Source: Parcubacteria group bacterium (GTDB lineage Bacteria; Patescibacteriota; Minisyncoccia; Moranbacterales; GCA-2747515). Taken from it: a stretch of 64,000 nt of DNA. Under the pieces are notes generated by a model, which did no database searches, was not told the origin of the DNA, and saw only the letters and a program-made list of their open reading frames with translations. The position numbers and the translations under genes are program-made. The stretch's first letter is position 1; each line of letters begins with the position of its first letter. The stretch spans positions 25,084 to 89,083 of the forward strand of contig JBAZXC010000002.1 of NCBI GenBank assembly GCA_041660065.1, written 5' to 3'. This document shows, one piece after another, positions 39,308 through 50,311 of this stretch.

Positions 39308-40021
39308 TTATGGTAAAAATGGGTTTGGTCTGTTCGTCGACTGCGACACTAACGGATTTGTCTGTGCTGTTGCTTTCATCACAGTATCAATAGAATCAAA
39401 ATCCGTCTTTTGATCAAATGTCGATGGATTGACTTGTGCCTGTCCAGGGATATAGCCATATGCAAAAGAGATCACACCACTGAGCATTTGTTCTTGTTGC
39501 ATGTCCACTGCAGCTCCCCCTTCACTTTTTTCTTTCTCAACTTTTGTCAATTCAAGTGTCTTGAAAGCATATAACCGTTTGAGATGAAAAAGCTCGTATG
39601 AAAACTTCTTGAATTCCTCATATGTACCACTTGCGATCATTTTTCCTTCGATCAGGTATGCTTGTTGATCCGCAGCTGCAGAAGATCGTACATCTTGCCG
39701 TCCTTCAGAAAAACCGACAGAAAACAAACTCACACCGGACTTCTCCGCAAGTTGCGAAATATCACTAAGAATAATCTCCTCTCGTTGATCATTTGGCACA
39801 AAATCCATAACAAAACTCTTTTCTTCTGGATGACTCTTTACCGTATCCACAAAAGCATTCACATTCTTTTGTTTTTCTTGCGCCTTCGCAAGCATTTCCT
39901 TTTTTTGGACAACGGTCTTTTTTTCCGTAGAAATTGAACGCGATGTCGGTACAACCAGTGCAATCACAAAATAAAGCACTAGCAGTAAAATAACAGGAAA
40001 CAGGAGCATTCTAATGATCAT
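39308..40021 (-). CDS. PilO-like protein
   Basis: N-terminal TM, GTYEEFK.F...R.., ends RPNPF; position in the pil operon. Confidence 0.7.
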   Translation of the reverse strand: MIIRMLLFPVILLLVLYFVIALVVPTSRSISTEKKTVVQKKEMLAKAQEKQKNVNAFVDTVKSHPEEKSFVMDFVPNDQREEIILSDISQLAEKSGVSLFSVGFSEGRQDVRSSAAADQQAYLIEGKMIASGTYEEFKKFSYELFHLKRLYAFKTLELTKVEKEKSEGGAAVDMQQEQMLSGVISFAYGYIPGQAQVNPSTFDQKTDFDSIDTVMKATAQTNPLVSQSTNRPNPFLP

Positions 40022-40047
40022 ATTTTTATTTTATTAGTAAATATACA

Positions 40048-40749
40048 TTATTGATTTAGCGTCGTGTCACTTGCCGTTGCATCGCTTTGCGACGGCAACA
40101 AAACCTCATTGTTAACATTGTCCGGCACCGCTGCCACAACATCATCATATGGCGACGCTGTGGATGGCTTTACATCCATCGTAAGCGTAAAGATGATCCG
40201 ACCGAAATCATCACGGTCCGTTGTACCCACTTTTACATTTTCAAAATATTCACTCTTTTTGAAAACATCGATTTGTTGTGCCATGACATCGAATGTATCT
40301 GAATCCGCAGTGATCGTTACCTTTCCTTGTCCGGTAATTGTTGAGCTGACAGTTCCCACCGTCTTTTTTTCATGTGCGCCGGAATCATGTTGAAACGATT
40401 TCAAAACCACGCGAGGAATCATGATCCTCTCGATCTCTTGGAAAATATCATTTGTGTCATATCCGCGATATAATTCCTTATCCATAACGTGTGATCGCAC
40501 AGCAAAGTCCGATGTTTCACCGGATAGTGATTTGACAATTTCATCATTGACAGCTGTAATTTCTCCATCCAAAACATCTGACTCGGAGCGCAATGAACTT
40601 TCCCATAATTTCAAAAGTCCATATGATGCAATAACTACAACAAGCACGCCGAAAGAAACAAGAAGCGCCCTCGAAATCGTTCTCTTACGCGGTGTCCCGC
40701 CTTGATCATCTTCAACTGCTGTATTTTTAAAACCAATTCCTGAAACCAT
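40048..40749 (-). CDS. PilN-like protein
   Basis: Single TM, AQQI..F..S.YF.NV...F.L; between pilM and the pilO-like gene. Confidence 0.7.
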   Translation of the reverse strand: MVSGIGFKNTAVEDDQGGTPRKRTISRALLVSFGVLVVVIASYGLLKLWESSLRSESDVLDGEITAVNDEIVKSLSGETSDFAVRSHVMDKELYRGYDTNDIFQEIERIMIPRVVLKSFQHDSGAHEKKTVGTVSSTITGQGKVTITADSDTFDVMAQQIDVFKKSEYFENVKVGTTDRDDFGRIIFTLTMDVKPSTASPYDDVVAAVPDNVNNEVLLPSQSDATASDTTLNQ

Positions 40750-40796
40750 ATTTTTATTTTTAATGATTTAAAAAAATATATATAAAAATTTATACA

Positions 40797-41849
40797 TCAA
40801 TGCGATCCTTTTTCATCGATCCCTCGCAAAGCAAGTCCAATTGCGACAGAAAATGCCGAGGAAAGATCTTTGATTTTACCGGAAGTATTCTCATCATATA
40901 CGACATGGCTTAGTGGATTACCCATTGTCACTTTTAATCCTGTAAGTTGCGCCATATACTCTGGCAACCCCACAAGAAGCGACCCACCCCCGCAAAGGAC
41001 CAATGACTCTACAACATCGCTTTTTTGTGTATCCAAAACGCGTTTCACCTCATTTGCCACGAAATTCAATGACGGAAATCCCACCTTTGTTGCCCCCGTA
41101 AAAAAATTTTCTCCCCCCTCTTTCAAAACAACAGCACGTTCTCGTGTGATATTCAAGCTTTGCATGATCGCATTGGTCATATCAGATCCGCCAATATCAA
41201 CACTGCGACTGATATGCACGATACCATTCTCTACCAAAACGATATTTGTCGTTTTCGCACCCATATCCACCAGAATGAAGCGCCCTTTTGTATTGCCGAT
41301 AATTGCACGCGCAAGTGAAAAAGATTCCAGCTCCAACGAATCGATCACTACTGGTACATCTTTGAATAAACTGTCATAATATTGCACTTCACTCTTTGGC
41401 GCGGCAACAAGTAGCACCTTCATCGTTGGATTTTCTTTGTCTTTTTCGGTTTCTTCCTCATCCAAAACATCCCAGCTGACATTCACTTCATCCAATGATG
41501 CGGGAATATATTTTCGTGATTCAAATTTGATCGCAGAAGCAACATCTTTTTCACTCATGCGCGGGAAATCCACGATCATCACCAGACCATTGAAACTCGG
41601 AATTGCAACGATCGCCTTTCTTGCAGTTGGCTTCATCTGAGAAAATAGCTCCCGCAATGCATCACTCAAACGCTTCGCGTAATCATTATCATATGCATCG
41701 GGAACTTCTTTGATATTTGTCACGTTCACCCACCCATAATTCGTCAAATACGGCCTCCCCTTGGAAACCTTTAACTCCACAGCCTTGATTGACTGTGTTC
41801 CAAAATCCACCCCAAGATAATGTCCTGACCGTGAAGAAAACAATGACAT
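40797..41849 (-). CDS. pilM: Type IV pilus assembly protein PilM
   Basis: GVDFG..SIKAVE, VDMGA..T, LCGGGS, AIGLALR. Confidence 0.93.
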   Translation of the reverse strand: MSLFSSRSGHYLGVDFGTQSIKAVELKVSKGRPYLTNYGWVNVTNIKEVPDAYDNDYAKRLSDALRELFSQMKPTARKAIVAIPSFNGLVMIVDFPRMSEKDVASAIKFESRKYIPASLDEVNVSWDVLDEEETEKDKENPTMKVLLVAAPKSEVQYYDSLFKDVPVVIDSLELESFSLARAIIGNTKGRFILVDMGAKTTNIVLVENGIVHISRSVDIGGSDMTNAIMQSLNITRERAVVLKEGGENFFTGATKVGFPSLNFVANEVKRVLDTQKSDVVESLVLCGGGSLLVGLPEYMAQLTGLKVTMGNPLSHVVYDENTSGKIKDLSSAFSVAIGLALRGIDEKGSH

Positions 41850-41917
41850 AACTTTTTTTTATTTTATATTTTCATTATCTGTATTGTACCACAATATTTT
41901 ACAAAACCGCAAACGAC

Positions 41918-42958
41918 CTACACTACTTCTTCTGAGACAATCTCTTTTTTACGTGCATCATTTACCACTTTATGCACTTCTTTTGCAATTGTATCAAGGA
42001 GTTTTCTATTCGCTTTTAGCGTTGCTTTTGCTTGTTCTCTCCCGACGCCGAGTTTTTCCTCTTTATAACTATATGAATTGCCTTTTTTCGTAATAACCTC
42101 ATATAATGATCCCACATCCAAAACGTCTCCTGTGAGAGAAATGCCTTCATTGTACATAATATCAAACTCTGCAACCTTAAATGGTGGAGCCACTTTGTTT
42201 TTTACAATCTTCACTTTGGTACGGTTACCCACAACATTATCACCTTTTTTGATTTGTGCCGATCGCCGTACATCCATACGCATCGACGCATAGAATTTGA
42301 GTGCATTGCCACCAGTCGTTGTCTCAGGATTACCAAACATCACACCAATCTTCATGCGGATCTGATTGATAAAGATCACCACACAATTTGATTTTGCGAT
42401 GATCGGCGTTAGCTTGCGCATCGCTTGACTCATAAGTCGCGCTTGTCGTCCCATGTGTTGATCACCCATTTCCCCATCGATCTCTGCCTGTGGCGTCAAG
42501 GCTGCAACAGAGTCCACCACAATCACATCCACCACATCCGATCGCACCAATGTTTCCACAATATCCAACGCCTGCTCTCCGGCATCCGGCTGTGACACAA
42601 GAAGGTCATTGATCTTCACACCAATATTTTTTGCATATTCCGGGTCAAGTGCATGCTCTGCATCCACAAAAGCCGCCGTTCCGCCATCTCTCTGCGCATT
42701 CGCAACAATATGCAATGCAAGCGTCGTTTTACCTGATGACTCCGGTCCGTAGATCTCGATCACACGACCGCGTGGCACACCACCGATCCCCGTCGCAATA
42801 TCCAGAGAAAGTGCACCCGTCGAGATCGCAGCGACATCAACGCGTGGCACATCACCCAATTTCATAAGCATGCCGTCTCCAAATTTTGTCCTAATCTCTT
42901 TCACAACCGCATCAATACTTTTATTCTCTTCAAGATTCTCCGCTTTCTTTTTTGCCAT
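41918..42958 (-). CDS. recA: Recombinase A
   Basis: [44 protein letters not shown]. Confidence 0.99.
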   Translation of the reverse strand: MAKKKAENLEENKSIDAVVKEIRTKFGDGMLMKLGDVPRVDVAAISTGALSLDIATGIGGVPRGRVIEIYGPESSGKTTLALHIVANAQRDGGTAAFVDAEHALDPEYAKNIGVKINDLLVSQPDAGEQALDIVETLVRSDVVDVIVVDSVAALTPQAEIDGEMGDQHMGRQARLMSQAMRKLTPIIAKSNCVVIFINQIRMKIGVMFGNPETTTGGNALKFYASMRMDVRRSAQIKKGDNVVGNRTKVKIVKNKVAPPFKVAEFDIMYNEGISLTGDVLDVGSLYEVITKKGNSYSYKEEKLGVGREQAKATLKANRKLLDTIAKEVHKVVNDARKKEIVSEEVV

Positions 42959-43059
42959 ATATTTTGCAATAGAATGATTACGTCAACAATTATTCCTCCC
43001 CCACCTCCTTATAATGCACTATATCATACCTTTCATTGTACTAAAAACACTCGCAATTG

Positions 43060-44052
43060 TCATCTTTTTTCTGAATCGTCATTATCATCTTTTGGGATAT
43101 TGTCACAACGTGTATCCTTGTCATATACACGATCTTTGATGCTCTCATTACCCTCGCCAAGCGGTATGAAATTTTCACCATCACAACTCACAAGCGTTCC
43201 TCCTCCGTTATCAGTGGTGATCATGATCTCTTTTGCTGCATGAAATTCTTTATTGTCACCCATAACAATTGTGCCATTATACACATTTGTGCCATCAGCA
43301 AGAACACTGACCGTAATTGTTTCTTTTTTTGTTTGTACAAAAAGTCGCACGTCTTTTTCCGGCTCCTCGATCACATACTGCGCATCGACGATCACATCCA
43401 TTGCACTTTCCTTATCAAATTTATTGGCACTTTTTACATGAATGATATTCACTCCTTGCAACAAACCTACGCTCTCTGTAAATGATCCGTCCATACCGAC
43501 AAATACCTGTTGTCCGTTTATAAAAACTCGCGAGTTATTGCGTGTTTTACCCTGCACCACGATAGAATCTTGTGTCACAACACTGTTTTGCGCAGGAGAT
43601 TCTACAATAAGCCACGGAGAGGATATGAAATTATCAACGCCAAAATACAAATACACTCCGATTGATCCCAGTATCAAAAACCCTACCCCTACCATGATCA
43701 CGCGCGGAGTGAACACAAAACGTGGCACATACGGCAATTTGTTTACCGTTTCCTCCTCATCTTTACTGTTAATGTTGTTGTATACGCTATATTCTCGTTC
43801 AAAAAGATTGAGAAGCACGTGCTCAGTCACACCAAAGAATCGCGCGTACGAACGTACAAATCCTTTTACATACACCTTCGTCGGCAATTTATTATATTGT
43901 CCTTTTTCCAATGCTTCAATATAAGAATCCTTCACATTGATCTTGTGCGAAAGATCATACACACGCATATGACGCTCCTCCCGCAATTGCCGCAACTTCT
44001 CGCCGAGTGTCAGTGATTTTACCTTTTTCCGTACAAAACTTTTTTCAATCAT
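43060..44052 (-). CDS. RodZ-like helix-turn-helix membrane protein
   Basis: LGEKLR..RE...ALE.G.Y.KLP..VY.KGFVRSYA, a TM, an Ig-like external domain; downstream of ftsK. Confidence 0.8.
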   Translation of the reverse strand: MIEKSFVRKKVKSLTLGEKLRQLREERHMRVYDLSHKINVKDSYIEALEKGQYNKLPTKVYVKGFVRSYARFFGVTEHVLLNLFEREYSVYNNINSKDEEETVNKLPYVPRFVFTPRVIMVGVGFLILGSIGVYLYFGVDNFISSPWLIVESPAQNSVVTQDSIVVQGKTRNNSRVFINGQQVFVGMDGSFTESVGLLQGVNIIHVKSANKFDKESAMDVIVDAQYVIEEPEKDVRLFVQTKKETITVSVLADGTNVYNGTIVMGDNKEFHAAKEIMITTDNGGGTLVSCDGENFIPLGEGNESIKDRVYDKDTRCDNIPKDDNDDSEKR

Positions 44053-44140
44053 AACGCATCATCAAAATTATCAACTCGTTCTGAATTTCTCCTTCCTTAT
44101 ATATTCTTACTGTACTGGATAATACGCCTTTTGTACAAGT

Positions 44141-46501
44141 TTATACGTCTTCGTCCATGTGCACCTCCACATTATCATTATGATTGTCAGTCAAAACCCG
44201 CCGTCCGCGCGATCCTTCCGCAGGACCGACCACACCATTGCTTTCCAACTCATCTATCAATCGCGCAGCACGCGAATATCCGATACGCAACCGCCGCTGA
44301 ATATATGATGTTGACGCTTTACCTGTCTGAATAACCAACTCTTTTACCTCCGCATAAAGCGGGTCATCCGACTCCATAGAAGATCCTCGATTGAGATCAA
44401 GGGTCATCGCACCGCCGGAGACCTTGCCGCTACTACCCTCTGCCATAAAATCCTCATCAATTGCATATGCACCGACACTCTGCGCTTGTCTCTTAATGAA
44501 GTTTACCACTCTTCTTACCTCTTCCTCCTCTACAAAGGCGCTTTGTAAGCGATGTGGTGTGGAGCTTTGCGGACTGATAAAAAGCAGATCGCCATTACCC
44601 ACCAACTTCTCCGCTCCCGGCACATCAATAATTGTACGTGAATCGATATTTGTCGCAACTTTGAGAGCGATTCGCGCAGGCAAATTTGCTTTGATGAGTC
44701 CCGTGATTACTTCAACACTTGGTCGTTGCGTAGAAATCACCAAATGAATACCTACTGCGCGTGATTTTTGTGCCAAACGAACGATCACACCTTCCACTTC
44801 TTTGCCGTGTGATGACATCAGGTCCGACAATTCATCAATGACGATCACAATTGCAGGAAGATTTTCCATTTCTTCTTCACACCGCTGTCCCGTCTCAGGA
44901 TCGACGAAAGACCGCACACCTCCCGTTTCTCTCTTTTGTCCATATGATGCGAGATCGCGCGATCCTGTTTCTTCCAACAATTTATAGCGTCGCTCCATTT
45001 CAGAAACTGCCCATTTCAATGCATTGATCACTTTGCTGTTATCCACGATCACATCAGCCAAAAGATGCGGAATGCCATTATACAAAGTCAGTTCAACATG
45101 CTTTGGATCCACCAAGATCAATCGTAGATCATCCGGCGAATTCTTGTAGAGAAGCGATAATAAAATACAATTGATTGTCACGGATTTCCCGGACCCTGTC
45201 GTACCTGCGACAAGAAGATGTGGCATCTTACTGAGATTCTCAAAAACATAATCACCATTTACATCCTCCCCCAAGGCAAGAAGTAATTTCTTGTTTGGGT
45301 TGGAAAATTCATCAGTATTCAATAAATCACGCATACGCACGGTTGCCGGCGATTTATTTGGCACTTCGATCCCTACAAATGATTTGCCCGGAATTGGCGC
45401 CTCGATACGAATTGGATGTGCGGCAAGCGCAAGCGCGAGATCGGCATTGAGTGCTGTGATGCGCGAAAGTTTCACACCACTCTGCGGACGAAAGCTGTAT
45501 TGCGTCACTGTCGGACCGGTGACAATATCATCCAACTCCATCGTAATTCCAAAATTGGCGAATGTTTCTTCAATGCGCGCAGCTCTCTGTTTTACATCAC
45601 CACATTGTGCTTTTTCCCCGCCCTTTTTCAACAACTTGAGTGGTGGCAATTCCCAATCCACATCGCGTGGCAACGTCCTCACGTGCTCGATCATTTTTTG
45701 CTCGACGATCTCCTGCGCTTTTTGATGTGCTGACCCGACAAAAACAGGTGCACTGACCGCTGATCGCTCTTGTACATTTTGATATTCTTCATCATCAAAA
45801 TCCGTATCATCAAGATCATCCTCGCTCGTATAATCATCCGATATGATTTCCGCTTGGCTCTCTTCCGGATCCATTGCTTCATTGTCATCATCTGCTGACT
45901 CATCATCTTTTTTCTTTCGCCAAAACATCCATGTATGTTCGGGTTTACTGATAGATACGCGATCACTCATGCCGACAAAAGACATGTTGAACGCCACAAT
46001 GAGTCCGACAAGAATCACTGCAATAAGTACAACCGTTCCCGCAATTTTACCCATAAATGCCACCAAGAGATGCGCAAGTATATATCCCACATAACCACCA
46101 CCTACGCCTTCCTGCGCCATCTTTGCATAGTGGCTTTGTTCAAAAGGCAACAAGTGAAGAAGGGCAAGAAAACCCCAAAACGCAAAAGAAATTCCGATGA
46201 TCTTTGTCACATAAAATTGTGTATCAACTTTCTTGCGCAATAATATAAATCCGGCAAAAGCAAAAACAAACGGCGCAATATACTTTCCCCATCCAAAAAT
46301 TTTTCCGACGCCAGCCGTCATTTTTGCACCCGCAATGCCCGCCGCATTAAAAAATCCCAAGATAAAAAGTAAAGCCACAACGAAAAGAACAATCGCCGCG
46401 ATCGATCGTTTCGCATGACCGCTGAGCTGTAATGACACAAAGTCTTCCCCATCCCCCTCATATTCTCCTTCTTCTTTTTCTTTTTTTGATCGCATAAACA
46501 T
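44141..46501 (-). CDS. ftsK: DNA translocase FtsK/SpoIIIE
   Basis: N-terminal TMs, PHLLVAGTTGSGKS, IDE, TQRPSV, gamma domain IQRRLRIGY.RAAR. Confidence 0.97.
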   Translation of the reverse strand: MFMRSKKEKEEGEYEGDGEDFVSLQLSGHAKRSIAAIVLFVVALLFILGFFNAAGIAGAKMTAGVGKIFGWGKYIAPFVFAFAGFILLRKKVDTQFYVTKIIGISFAFWGFLALLHLLPFEQSHYAKMAQEGVGGGYVGYILAHLLVAFMGKIAGTVVLIAVILVGLIVAFNMSFVGMSDRVSISKPEHTWMFWRKKKDDESADDDNEAMDPEESQAEIISDDYTSEDDLDDTDFDDEEYQNVQERSAVSAPVFVGSAHQKAQEIVEQKMIEHVRTLPRDVDWELPPLKLLKKGGEKAQCGDVKQRAARIEETFANFGITMELDDIVTGPTVTQYSFRPQSGVKLSRITALNADLALALAAHPIRIEAPIPGKSFVGIEVPNKSPATVRMRDLLNTDEFSNPNKKLLLALGEDVNGDYVFENLSKMPHLLVAGTTGSGKSVTINCILLSLLYKNSPDDLRLILVDPKHVELTLYNGIPHLLADVIVDNSKVINALKWAVSEMERRYKLLEETGSRDLASYGQKRETGGVRSFVDPETGQRCEEEMENLPAIVIVIDELSDLMSSHGKEVEGVIVRLAQKSRAVGIHLVISTQRPSVEVITGLIKANLPARIALKVATNIDSRTIIDVPGAEKLVGNGDLLFISPQSSTPHRLQSAFVEEEEVRRVVNFIKRQAQSVGAYAIDEDFMAEGSSGKVSGGAMTLDLNRGSSMESDDPLYAEVKELVIQTGKASTSYIQRRLRIGYSRAARLIDELESNGVVGPAEGSRGRRVLTDNHNDNVEVHMDEDV

Positions 46502-46565
46502 GTGAGATCATTACCCCATTAAAAATCATATTTCATTTTAACACAAAAAAGACTTTTTCTACAAT

Positions 46566-46593
46566 AAAAGCCGGCGCGTACCAGCCCCGGCTT
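46566..46593 (-). terminator. Putative Rho-independent terminator
   Basis: aagccgg ... ccggctt stem with a T-run on the minus strand. Confidence 0.5.
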
Positions 46594-46613
46594 GTGTAAT
46601 AGACCATCTGTTG

Positions 46614-47066
46614 TTATCCGATCATTTTTTGCCACATTTTTCGATCATGGATACCCAGATTTTGTGTAATCTCCTGTGCTTCTTCGTGACGGCCTTGTCG
46701 ATGCAAATCACGCGCCTCGATCAACTGTGCAAATTTTTCCGCCGTATCGATCACTGCAACTTTGCGGGTACCGTTACTGGCACTATGATATGCCAGCCAA
46801 TCGTGTGTATCTACGGCATTTTTTAGCACTGTACGACGATCAAATTGTGGATATGAAAATACATCGCATTCACGATCTTGCACGTCATGTGTTGCAATCG
46901 ACTGCTGGATAGTACAGTACTTCTGCGCGATCATTTCAGATCGCACATTCCCGTACTTGGTATTTTTTACACCCATATATGACGCCTGCGCCATGTTGAC
47001 CCCGATCGCACCAGCAGCAATAACTGTCACCAAAGAACTCATAAATATTTTTCTCTTTTTTTTCAT
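46614..47066 (-). CDS. Hypothetical exported protein
   Basis: Basic N-terminus, hydrophobic core and AQA signal-peptide site; start set at MKKKRK. Confidence 0.65.
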   Translation of the reverse strand: MKKKRKIFMSSLVTVIAAGAIGVNMAQASYMGVKNTKYGNVRSEMIAQKYCTIQQSIATHDVQDRECDVFSYPQFDRRTVLKNAVDTHDWLAYHSASNGTRKVAVIDTAEKFAQLIEARDLHRQGRHEEAQEITQNLGIHDRKMWQKMIG

Positions 47067-47187
47067 AAAAAACAATTTACATATTACATGCACTAGTACG
47101 TATGTAATGCATGATTATCTTTCAAAAGAGTTACGCATGAACCATTAAAAGCAAAAGCAACCGCTAAAATACGGATTTTGCGTCTGA

Positions 47188-48042
47188 TCATTCTTCTTCC
47201 GCAACGCGCCATCGCACTTGTTCATTGCAAATATACGACACGGGATGAGACATGACGTGAATACGCTCAATGATCTGTTCTCGTTCGTTTATTTCTCGCT
47301 CTTCCAATTCTGCGCGCAATTTGTCTTTGATCGTCTGACGCAAACCGTTAATTTGCCTCGTACGCACATCGCATGCGACAAAAACGCCCTCCTCATTGAC
47401 CCTGCCAAGAAAAACCACTTGATCACTCGCTTGCAAATGCTCCTGTTTTTGCGGATCAATATTGCCCGTAGACACCGCCAACAAACGATTTTCCGGTGTC
47501 ATGATCACAACAAAGGACGGATCATAGGATATGATCTGTCCCATAATAATTCCTTTTTCCGGCATATTAAAGAGCATCGTTCTCCTCTTGTCCACATTGT
47601 AATAATACCGCACATGCGTACCCAACAAATGATCCACATAATAGCTGACACCAACTTTATAAAACACCGCCCCCAGCGCGACACTCAGAAGAAAATTGAT
47701 CGCGACAATCGCCCACAGAGGATATACATAACCGCGATTTGTATGACGTATGGACACGTCACACAATGTAATAAAAAGCCCCGTCAGTAGCACCCATACA
47801 CCAATGATCACAAATGTAATCCGCGGCACCGCACAGCCATAGATCTCCTGATGCAGATCCATATCACTGTTTGTGATCGTGAAAATAATGATGCTCACAA
47901 TAAGCGCACCGACAAAAACACTCAATACACCAAAAAACCACAAGGCAATATTGAACAAAACGAAACGCACGCGCGGTCGTTTGATCACCTCGCCTTTCAT
48001 AATTTTTTCCATCGCTCGCTGCGCAGCGCTGTGTTGCGTCAT
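47188..48042 (-). CDS. Membrane protein, putative anti-sigma factor
   Basis: Three TM segments; directly downstream of the ECF sigma gene. Confidence 0.6.
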   Translation of the reverse strand: MTQHSAAQRAMEKIMKGEVIKRPRVRFVLFNIALWFFGVLSVFVGALIVSIIIFTITNSDMDLHQEIYGCAVPRITFVIIGVWVLLTGLFITLCDVSIRHTNRGYVYPLWAIVAINFLLSVALGAVFYKVGVSYYVDHLLGTHVRYYYNVDKRRTMLFNMPEKGIIMGQIISYDPSFVVIMTPENRLLAVSTGNIDPQKQEHLQASDQVVFLGRVNEEGVFVACDVRTRQINGLRQTIKDKLRAELEEREINEREQIIERIHVMSHPVSYICNEQVRWRVAEEE

Positions 48043-48051
48043 ATAATTTGA

Positions 48052-48639
48052 TTACACATTAATATTACTTTTTTGATATAATTCTTTGAATTGTTTTTTC
48101 GCACGATTAATATGTGTCGCTACCGTGCCCGCCGGTTTTTTCAAAATGTCAGAAATCTCTTCATAATTTTTATCTTCGATATATTTTAAAATAAGAATGT
48201 CACGATATTTTTCATCCATCACATCAAAAACCTTCTGCACGACATCTTTTAAATGTTTTTTGTCCACATCGGCAACCATATCCCGCGCATCGGCAATACG
48301 TTCAAGAAAATCATCATCCACAAAAATTGTATTGCCATGCGGACGGATTTTTTTCTTACGCCAATAACTGATCGTTTCATTGTGCACGATACGATACAAC
48401 CACGACGAAAAAGACAACTTTTCATCAAAACTGTTCACATTTTGATACGCCTTCAAAAAACTTTCCTGCAGAACGTCTTCCGCTTCTTCGGTTGTAACTG
48501 CCGAGATACGTTTAATATACAAAAGCATTTTTGCCTCATATCGTTCCATAAGCAACCCAAAAAACGATGGGTCATTCCGCGTCAAAATCACCAACTCTTC
48601 GTCAGATTGTTGTGTGTTTTCATGTGATATCATATGCAA
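48052..48639 (-). CDS. ECF-type RNA polymerase sigma factor
   Basis: SDEEL, AEDVLQESFLKAY, FSSWLYRI, YEEIS.IL..P.GTV...INRAK. Confidence 0.95.
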   Translation of the reverse strand: MHMISHENTQQSDEELVILTRNDPSFFGLLMERYEAKMLLYIKRISAVTTEEAEDVLQESFLKAYQNVNSFDEKLSFSSWLYRIVHNETISYWRKKKIRPHGNTIFVDDDFLERIADARDMVADVDKKHLKDVVQKVFDVMDEKYRDILILKYIEDKNYEEISDILKKPAGTVATHINRAKKQFKELYQKSNINV

Positions 48640-48699
48640 TCCTCTATATACCCATCTTGCACATTACTACGCATTCTATCCATTTTCCTTTCATATAAT

Positions 48700-48853
48700 G
48701 CCATCTCCAGCAAATCACTTCTCATAAGTCGCAGTAAATCTTGATGAAAACAGTAGAAAAAATGCGGAGTATATCTGGATATATGAAGTATTTTTTATAC
48801 TGTTTTCATCAAGATTTTCAAGACTTGGTGGGGAGTGATTTGTTGGAGATGGT
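48700..48853 (+). ncRNA. Candidate structured RNA: ~154-nt extended hairpin
   Basis: Nested inverted repeats, including a perfect 20-bp pair (48736-48755 / 48798-48817); stem imperfections read as G-U on the plus strand. Confidence 0.5.
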
Positions 48854-48860
48854 ATAAATA

Positions 48861-49337
48861 CTATTTCGCCAATCCAATCCATCGTGCAATATTGTATACG
48901 CAATCATCAAAAACACAGGCTGCACGATCCCAGATAGAATCAGCCGCACAACGATAGCGTCGCACGCGAATATGCTCTGCACGAGAAAAGCGTGCAAAAA
49001 GACCGTCTGTAAGAAATTTATCACCGATCGCGATCACGGGACACGTCCCTTGCATGATATAATTCAAGACCTTTTTATTCGGCTTTTTGTGCGGTGATTC
49101 GATGTATGGCACATTGAGATCGTGCGCGATCATTCTACTGCGTACACCATTGTAGTTGTTGGAAAAAAGATACACCGCATTTGATCGTTGTAATACAGAA
49201 ATTTTTTGCCGTACTGCATCGCTGACGCCTGTACTCGAACTGCATGTCAATGTCCCATCGATATCCAAAATCACCACAGAATCCCTAATAGCGTCTGTGG
49301 GTACATCATGAAAAAATTGCATGTCGCGCACAATCAC
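48861..49337 (-). CDS. HAD superfamily phosphatase (YqeG-like, IIIA)
   Basis: [22 protein letters not shown]. Confidence 0.85.
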   Translation of the reverse strand: MIVRDMQFFHDVPTDAIRDSVVILDIDGTLTCSSSTGVSDAVRQKISVLQRSNAVYLFSNNYNGVRSRMIAHDLNVPYIESPHKKPNKKVLNYIMQGTCPVIAIGDKFLTDGLFARFSRAEHIRVRRYRCAADSIWDRAACVFDDCVYNIARWIGLAK

Positions 49338-49723
49338 CTATTTTTCTTTAATAGATCGCGGATCTCCGTAAGCAATTCCACCTCCTTAGTAACTTTTTTT
49401 TCTTCTTTCTTTTCATCGGCTTTTTTCTTTTTGATCACTGCACCCATCACCTTCACCGCAAGGAATATACACAATGCGATAATGACAAAATCTACAATTG
49501 TTTGAATGAAATTTCCATACGTCAATATTGCTTCCCCAAAGGTAAACTTGAGCGTTGTAAAATCAATCCCACCAAGGAGGATGCCCATGAGTGGCATGAT
49601 AATATCATTGACAAGCGATGTTACGATCTTGCCAAATGCTCCGCCGATCACTACCGCCACTGCCAAATCCATGACATTGCCCCTAATGGCGAATTCTTGA
49701 AATTCTTTGAGAAACTTTTTCAT
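49334..49723 (-). CDS. mscL: Large-conductance mechanosensitive channel
   Basis: [34 protein letters not shown]. Confidence 0.98.
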   Translation of the reverse strand: MKKFLKEFQEFAIRGNVMDLAVAVVIGGAFGKIVTSLVNDIIMPLMGILLGGIDFTTLKFTFGEAILTYGNFIQTIVDFVIIALCIFLAVKVMGAVIKKKKADEKKEEKKVTKEVELLTEIRDLLKKNR

Positions 49724-49768
49724 ACAAATACTATTAAATGAATTGGTGTCTCTAGCATAAAGGAAAAA

Positions 49769-50092
49769 TCACAATAATTCAAATGTGATGATCTTTACGC
49801 GTGTTTTCGGACCAACCGGTTTTTTATAGTATTGTGTGAACGCGCGATACATTTTTTCATTACTGGCATAGCGATCATGTCCGCGCCAATCTTCTTCATT
49901 TACTTGATCAAAACATTTTTCCACAACACGCGTCAATTGTGCTTGTGCAAATAGTTCTCCCGTTTCCCACACAACAAAGGAGACCTCATCTCCTACACGG
50001 AGATCCTTGTCATCAAATAATCGCCACGTTGTTGTTTTTGCGCCGGCGAGGATCTGTTCACTCAAATACTTGCGGAATTTCAGCGTCTTCAT
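49769..50092 (-). CDS. ASCH domain protein
   Basis: I.AG.KTTTWR..D...VGD. Confidence 0.85.
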   Translation of the reverse strand: MKTLKFRKYLSEQILAGAKTTTWRLFDDKDLRVGDEVSFVVWETGELFAQAQLTRVVEKCFDQVNEEDWRGHDRYASNEKMYRAFTQYYKKPVGPKTRVKIITFELL

Positions 50093-50264
50093 ATTTTATG
50101 TGATCAAAAATTGCATCCCTTTTTTAACCAATTGCGTGATTGCTTCTTTCTTGCAATCAGTTGATTCTCTCGCACCGCCGTATGTATGTAAAAAAATTAT
50201 CACCAAAAGATTTATGTACATTATACACCATTAAACTATTTCATTGATCGTTTTTGACTACAAT

Positions 50265-50295
50265 AAAGCCGGGTGTTTGCAAACAACCGGCTTTT
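50265..50295 (-). terminator. Putative Rho-independent terminator
   Basis: aaagccgg..gtttgcaaac..ccggcttt after the manC-like stop. Confidence 0.6.
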
Positions 50296-50311
50296 CCTTT
50301 TACATATGATC

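Noticed and set aside
42975-43012. Strong SD-like AAGGAGGTGGGGGAGG upstream of recA with a possible 3-codon leader ORF
   Set aside because: Too far from the recA ATG, and the mini-ORF has no independent support.
47097-47124. ECF promoter TGAAAG-N18-CGTA upstream of the exported protein
   Set aside because: Spacer is longer than the SigW/SigM-type consensus and there is no second copy to support it.
48700-48853. Confident 6S or SRP RNA call
   Set aside because: It lacks the large central bubble of 6S and the GNRA loop with conserved internal loop of SRP; kept as an unknown hairpin.
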